DNA of 64,000 nucleotides from a virus (Duplodnaviria > Caudoviricetes), in the IMG/VR virus record IMGVR_UViG_3300026159_000398. The stretch is one strand, 5' to 3'. The notes below the pieces were generated by a model. It saw only the letters and a program-made list of their open reading frames with translations, made no database searches and was not told where the DNA came from. Both the position numbers and the translations under genes were made by a program. Shown here piece after piece: positions 59,751 to 64,000 of this stretch; the first letter of the stretch is position 1, and every line of letters starts with the position of its first letter.

Positions 59751-60152
59751 TTATTTCAAATATTGAGTGATATTTCCGGAAAGTATGATCTGTCCGCTTT
59801 GAATATCGAGCTCAATAACGCCATTCGTAAATGGAATTCCTACGCCTTTGTATTTTGCAAGGAAAGTATTCACTGCTTCTGGGGTAATTTTCCATGCTTG
59901 GTTTTCTGGTGATTTTAGAAGACCATCGAAAAGACTTTTCGCGGCTGTATCATTCAAGAAGTTGATTGTCATTGTTTGATCGCCAACTTTAACTTCTTTT
60001 GTTTTGCCTGTTGTGGCACCATCAGCCTTTATAGATGCGACAGCTTTTCCTGCGCTTTTAGAACCTTTGTAAAGCGATATTTGATTTGGGTTTGGCATCG
60101 CCACATCAAATGGTGCTTCACTTAATTGCTTGAGATATTCATGTAGTTGCAT
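59751..60152 (-). CDS. Protein with a capsid-targeting-like N-terminus
   Basis: Begins MQLHEYLKQLSEA. Confidence 0.6.
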   Translation of the reverse strand: MQLHEYLKQLSEAPFDVAMPNPNQISLYKGSKSAGKAVASIKADGATTGKTKEVKVGDQTMTINFLNDTAAKSLFDGLLKSPENQAWKITPEAVNTFLAKYKGVGIPFTNGVIELDIQSGQIILSGNITQYLK

Positions 60153-61675
60153 TATCGTTTTGCTCCTTTATGGCCTTCGCCACTTTGGTATTTTTGCATG
60201 ATTGAAACAGCCGCCCAACGATGCCAAATTTCTACAGGAGAATCTGACATGGCGAATTTAACAACATCAGTAAAAGTACGGAAGTCCATCTTTTCAACAC
60301 GTTTTGATGGAACAACTTTATCTTTTATGAATTTCAAAGCTTCACGCTTATGACTTTCTGAAGCTCCCGTAATTTCAATGTATTTCATGACGCCTTCAAT
60401 ACGTTTGACAATTTCATCTAGACTCAAACTAACTTCAACTGTCATGGCACGAGACTTAATAGCGCCAGGAATTTGGTGTAAGTATTTGTTGCTAATGAAA
60501 ATTACACGACCATCAAAGTTAAATCTATTTGGGAGAATAGCATTTCCTTTTGTTGGTGACGATGCACGAATACGTTGAACTTCCCAAACTTTTTGCGCGT
60601 GTTGACTTGACAACATAGCTTCGATATTGACTTTCTTTTTGAGTAACTCATCAATAACATCTTGTGGGATATCTTCAACTAATTCATATTTAAGAATTGT
60701 TTCATATAATAGTGGGTCAACTGTATTATTGCTTAGATAACTGATTTCAGTTTCTTTTCCGGAGTCAAGAGCGCCTTTAAGCATATTGACGCAGTCTCTA
60801 TCATCAAGAAGACTATCAAGGTCATCAAATACAATAATTTTGTTGGGGTCGTTGTTAACGAAAAGAACCTTATACAATGCAGATGCTGAAGTGATGGCAC
60901 CAGTAAAAAATTGGTGGTTCGTTCCTTTTAGTTCGTTTTTAACTGTGAAGGTTTTTCCAATACCTGGGTCACCTGTAATAAGGATAGATTTGTTAATGCC
61001 ATCTTTTACTTTCTTAATTGCATCTTCCATGAGAGCGAAGATTTCTTTTGAATTAAGAGGTTCATCAAAAAGTTCTGACCATTCATCAGGTTCTTTAGCT
61101 GGAAGTTTTTCAGCTGGCGCTGATGAAACATTGACAGTTTTTCCAGATTTTTGTGCGCGATATTCAGCACTAAGCTGTTTCATTAATGCAGTATCGCCAG
61201 CTTCTTTAGCGCGTTTATAACGAGCAGACAAAGAATTTGGGTCTGCTGTTCTTGCCATTTCAGTAAAGAACTCTTCAGTAATTGGTTCCTCATCGGGAGA
61301 TGTGGTTACTAATTGAACTTTGCCTTTACGACCATTATGAATAACTTCATCAATAAGAGTCACAACTTCAGTGATATTTAAATCACTTGTGTTAGCTGTA
61401 AATTGTGGATTGACTGCTGGAGCGAGCCAGAAGTCTATGCTGTCAATGTGAGCACTTTGATTATTTGTTTTCCAATTGAGACGGAATGCGTGTTTGGCGT
61501 CATCAAGCATGAACATTGTTCCATACACAACACCTTGGCCTTCTTTCTCAATTAACATGGTGCCATGTTGAACATAAACTTTCTCATTAAATTTACGTTC
61601 AATACGACTTTTAAGAATATCTACAACACGGCCAGATTTTTGTTCAGCCACAGCTTCAAAATATTTCTTAAGCAT
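60152..61675 (-). CDS. AAA+ ATPase with an N-terminal extension
   Basis: Walker A GDPGIGKT, Walker B IIVFDDLD, sensor VIFISN and Arg finger AIKSRA. Confidence 0.85.
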   Translation of the reverse strand: MLKKYFEAVAEQKSGRVVDILKSRIERKFNEKVYVQHGTMLIEKEGQGVVYGTMFMLDDAKHAFRLNWKTNNQSAHIDSIDFWLAPAVNPQFTANTSDLNITEVVTLIDEVIHNGRKGKVQLVTTSPDEEPITEEFFTEMARTADPNSLSARYKRAKEAGDTALMKQLSAEYRAQKSGKTVNVSSAPAEKLPAKEPDEWSELFDEPLNSKEIFALMEDAIKKVKDGINKSILITGDPGIGKTFTVKNELKGTNHQFFTGAITSASALYKVLFVNNDPNKIIVFDDLDSLLDDRDCVNMLKGALDSGKETEISYLSNNTVDPLLYETILKYELVEDIPQDVIDELLKKKVNIEAMLSSQHAQKVWEVQRIRASSPTKGNAILPNRFNFDGRVIFISNKYLHQIPGAIKSRAMTVEVSLSLDEIVKRIEGVMKYIEITGASESHKREALKFIKDKVVPSKRVEKMDFRTFTDVVKFAMSDSPVEIWHRWAAVSIMQKYQSGEGHKGAKR

Positions 61676-61689
61676 GATTCTATTTTCTC

Positions 61690-62046
61690 CTATACATCTG
61701 GAGTTGCGACCATTTTGCCTTTGGTCTGAGGATTTTGTACAAAATCCGAAGGAGGAGTTTTATCTGGCGCATATTTGGCGCTGCCATCTCTCTTAAGAAC
61801 TTCAAGAACTCCTTTAGCGATTTCAGGATATTGTTTTGCAAAATCTTGAACAGATACATTTACTGGATTTCCATTAATAGTTCCTTTTATTAAATTACCT
61901 GCTAATTCAAGATCGTATGTTGTTGCAACAGTTCCAGACATTCCTTTTCCTGTTGTAAGTTCTTTGCTAGAACCGATTGGAGTTGGCGAACCACCTTCCA
62001 TTCTTTCAGTATAAACTTTTTCCATGTATGTGTCAAATTTGCTCAT
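61690..62046 (-). CDS. Protein with a capsid-targeting-like N-terminus
   Basis: Begins MSKFDTYMEKV. Confidence 0.6.
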   Translation of the reverse strand: MSKFDTYMEKVYTERMEGGSPTPIGSSKELTTGKGMSGTVATTYDLELAGNLIKGTINGNPVNVSVQDFAKQYPEIAKGVLEVLKRDGSAKYAPDKTPPSDFVQNPQTKGKMVATPDV

Positions 62047-62232
62047 TTACATTGCCTTTTCCATTATATATTTAAACTCTTTAAATGTGATTTTATTCTG
62101 TTTTATCCAACCCCAAATTATTTTTAATTTGGCATCATAATCATCATGAAATTTACGTAACTTCTCGACGTATTGTTCAGCTAATGCTTCAGAAAATTTT
62201 TCACCTTCAAGATATTCTTCTAATCTACTCAT
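62047..62232 (-). CDS. Small protein with a capsid-targeting-like N-terminus
   Basis: Begins MSRLEEYLEG; GGAGG RBS. Confidence 0.6.
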   Translation of the reverse strand: MSRLEEYLEGEKFSEALAEQYVEKLRKFHDDYDAKLKIIWGWIKQNKITFKEFKYIMEKAM

Positions 62233-62522
62233 TGAGGACCTCCATAGATATTTGGGTTTGCAATTGAGACATCGTTGTTTTTCTTTTCTCTTGGAATGTC
62301 TCGAATGCTTGTCGTCTGTTTTTTACTATCGTCTTCTTTACTCGCTCTTGGTGGAATTAAAATCCATTTCATTTTCTCTCCACATTCTGGACAACCGTTT
62401 TTAAATGGTTGCTTTTGAAGTCTTCTGCATTTAGAACACATATACAATGGTTCCGTTGCATCTATTGTATCAGGTGGTTGAATTCCTTGATAGTCATCGA
62501 GATATTGTTCAAATTTTCTCAT
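62229..62522 (-). CDS. Zinc-ribbon protein with a capsid-targeting-like N-terminus
   Basis: Begins MRKFEQYLDD; contains CSKC...CPEC. Confidence 0.6.
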   Translation of the reverse strand: MRKFEQYLDDYQGIQPPDTIDATEPLYMCSKCRRLQKQPFKNGCPECGEKMKWILIPPRASKEDDSKKQTTSIRDIPREKKNNDVSIANPNIYGGPQ

Positions 62523-62628
62523 TACACTCCATCCACAAAATTGGCACTAGGAGAAATTGGTTTACCTGCATCTGGCTTTTGTGGAGCGCTTACCTTTTGA
62601 TCCCAATCTTCTCCTTTCACCGGATTAA

Positions 62629-62904
62629 CTACTTTTTTTTTGTAAGGTTACGGATGATAGAGTCCAATGGTTTGCTGCCCATTGGGCCGGCATTAAACTT
62701 CTCGAGAGTGAGAATGATATCTTTCTGTTCGTCTTCGCCACCCTTCTCATATTTGGCAGTAATTTCGCGTTCCAATTGATGCATACGGTCTCTTTGAATA
62801 ATCATGAGACTGTCGGAATTCAAATAGTTGACATAATCACGAACCATCTCAACTAATTGAGATTCATTAAATATTTGAACGTCTTCCATGAATTTGCTGA
62901 GCAT
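62629..62904 (-). CDS. Hypothetical protein; probably extends to 62522 through a -1 shift in an A9 run
   Basis: Begins MLSKFMED and ends ACA AAA AAA AAG TAG. The -1 frame stays open for 36 more codons. Confidence 0.6.
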   Translation of the reverse strand: MLSKFMEDVQIFNESQLVEMVRDYVNYLNSDSLMIIQRDRMHQLEREITAKYEKGGEDEQKDIILTLEKFNAGPMGSKPLDSIIRNLTKKK

Positions 62905-62918
62905 AATGTCCTCTATAG

Positions 62919-62957
62919 AATTATATTACTATTTTGTGCTTTTTGCTTAATATAATT
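62919..62957. promoter_or_regulatory. Divergent pair of TAATATAATT motifs
   Basis: A minus-strand copy at 62919-62928 precedes the start at 62904; a plus-strand copy at 62948-62957 precedes the start at 62962. Confidence 0.55.
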
Positions 62958-62961
62958 TTAT

Positions 62962-63444
62962 ATGAAACGCAAAAAACAGCATAAAGTTTATGGTCGTAAT
63001 ACCAAAAAACGAACCATCAAAAAGGCTCTCAAATCATATACAAATCAAGAAACTGGTGAACGTAAAGAATCTTCAATTGAACAAAAAGTCCGTTTGTTTC
63101 TCGAGTCTGCTAATATTCCACATCAGCCAGAAAAGTTTATTGAACATGCTTTTTATGACTTTTTGGTTACTGACGGACTTAATTATACATTCCTTATAGA
63201 ATGTGATGGATGGTGGCACGGTCTTGATTCTAATGGTGAGCCGCTTCCATCAAATAAATTATTAAAAATTCATAAAAAGAATCAACGTAATGATAAACGT
63301 AAAGATAAAATTGCTCAAAAACTTGGGATTCCTTTAATACGACTCAAAGAATCCGACATCAAGAATAATTTTCAAGATATCAAAAAAACTATTCAAAATG
63401 AAATAGAGCGACAAATATATTTTAAACAGAGAGGACAGGACTGA
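62962..63444 (+). CDS. DUF559/Vsr-like endonuclease
   Basis: SSIEQKV...YDFLV...LIECDGWWHG...ND.RKD..A...GIPLIRL.ESDI. Confidence 0.75.
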   Translation: MKRKKQHKVYGRNTKKRTIKKALKSYTNQETGERKESSIEQKVRLFLESANIPHQPEKFIEHAFYDFLVTDGLNYTFLIECDGWWHGLDSNGEPLPSNKLLKIHKKNQRNDKRKDKIAQKLGIPLIRLKESDIKNNFQDIKKTIQNEIERQIYFKQRGQD

Positions 63445-63503
63445 TCATCTTGATTCAGTACTCCAACTATTGAATCTTACTCTCTGAAATAATTATGTTG
63501 GAG
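63427..63503 (+). ncRNA. Structured 5' leader RNA (three-way junction with RBS pseudoknot), copy 2
   Basis: P1 CAGAGAG/CTCTCTG, P2 AGGA/TCTT and P3 GATTCAGTA/TATTGAATC. The P3 loop CTCCAAC is complementary to GTTGGAG (63497-63503) at the RBS. Confidence 0.7.
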
Positions 63504-63509
63504 ATAATT

Positions 63510-64000
63510 ATGCCTACTGGATATATTTATCAAATCATTAACACTTCAAATTTCCATTCTTATATTGGTTACACTAATAATTTCATTTCTAGAATGAATC
63601 GCCATTATAATTGTCGTGGCAATTCTTTAATTTATCGTACATTTAGAAAACATGGTGTTGATAATTTTATTGTAAGAATTCTTGAACAACCATTAATTCA
63701 AAATTTACCAGAACGAGAAAAGTATTGGATTAACTTTTTTGATACATACCAAAATGGGTACAATATGACTCCTGGCGGCGATGGTGGTCCGACAACAAGA
63801 GGCAAAAAAAAGAAACCGCATAGTCTTCAAACAAAACAAAAAATGAGTGAAGATCGAAAAGGTAAATTACGCACTAAAGAATCTAAACAAAAACAAAGTG
63901 AAAGCTTAAAGGGTAATAAAAACCCTAGATTTATTTTTCTTTCCGATACACAAATCAATCAAATTATAAATTTTTATGAAAAACAAAAGTTGACTATAAA
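63510..64000 (+). CDS. GIY-YIG homing endonuclease with NUMOD3 (runs off the window edge)
   Basis: Not in the ORF track. My translation reads MPTGYIYQIINTSNFHSYIGYT...FRKHG...EREKYWI...GYNMTPGGDG...HSLQTKQKMS. Confidence 0.85.
   Translation, partial: MPTGYIYQIINTSNFHSYIGYTNNFISRMNRHYNCRGNSLIYRTFRKHGVDNFIVRILEQPLIQNLPEREKYWINFFDTYQNGYNMTPGGDGGPTTRGKKKKPHSLQTKQKMSEDRKGKLRTKESKQKQSESLKGNKNPRFIFLSDTQINQIINFYEKQKLTI

Noticed and set aside
305-62779. The many short plus-strand and nested ORFs in the track (e.g. 305-541, 716-982, 17212-17514, 51881-52351)
   Set aside because: They are antisense or out-of-frame shadows of long minus-strand genes, with no RBS or recognisable motifs.
63427-63503. Hammerhead ribozyme, suggested by CTGATCA resembling CUGAUGA
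   Set aside because: The core differs, the sequence sits in a hairpin loop rather than the junction, there is no correctly placed GAAA, and copy 1 lacks it.
1-64000. Alternative genetic code (stop-codon reassignment), common in some large phages
   Set aside because: Genes up to 7.6 kb are open and tightly packed under the standard code, and TAA, TAG and TGA all end genes at sensible boundaries.
1-64000. tRNA or rRNA genes
   Set aside because: No cloverleaf or T-loop signature was seen in the few intergenic gaps large enough to hold one.

Overview
This is a 64-kb segment of an AT-rich, large T4-like myovirus (jumbo-type) genome, read in the standard genetic code with nearly all genes on the minus strand. 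From left to right: (1) recombination/replication genes (uvsX-like recombinase, gp32-like SSB, a Cas4-like nuclease) and a Tad2/DUF2829 anti-defence gene; (2) small accessory and membrane genes; (3) a tightly coupled protein-modification operon next to the tail-fibre genes, encoding a radical SAM/SPASM enzyme, a protein with a 27-Cys C-terminal half, a 140-aa protein, a stand-alone YcaO and an 82-aa protein, followed by a membrane protein and an unannotated 41-aa Gly/Ser-rich peptide before a strong terminator; (4) a double GT2 glycosyltransferase, a 2556-aa tail fibre with an S74 chaperone, and collagen-like and LamG proteins; (5) a contractile-tail baseplate/tape-measure module interrupted by free-standing homing endonucleases; (6) a cluster of small genes and an AAA ATPase that share an N-terminal motif resembling the T4 capsid-targeting sequence. 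The strongest candidates for something new are the phage-encoded rSAM+YcaO RiPP-like system, which may modify a virion protein, and a covarying three-way-junction/pseudoknot RNA found twice, each copy pairing with the ribosome-binding site of a GIY-YIG endonuclease. A recurring TAATATAATT element looks like the phage promoter. All family assignments come from reading motifs by eye; no searches were run.
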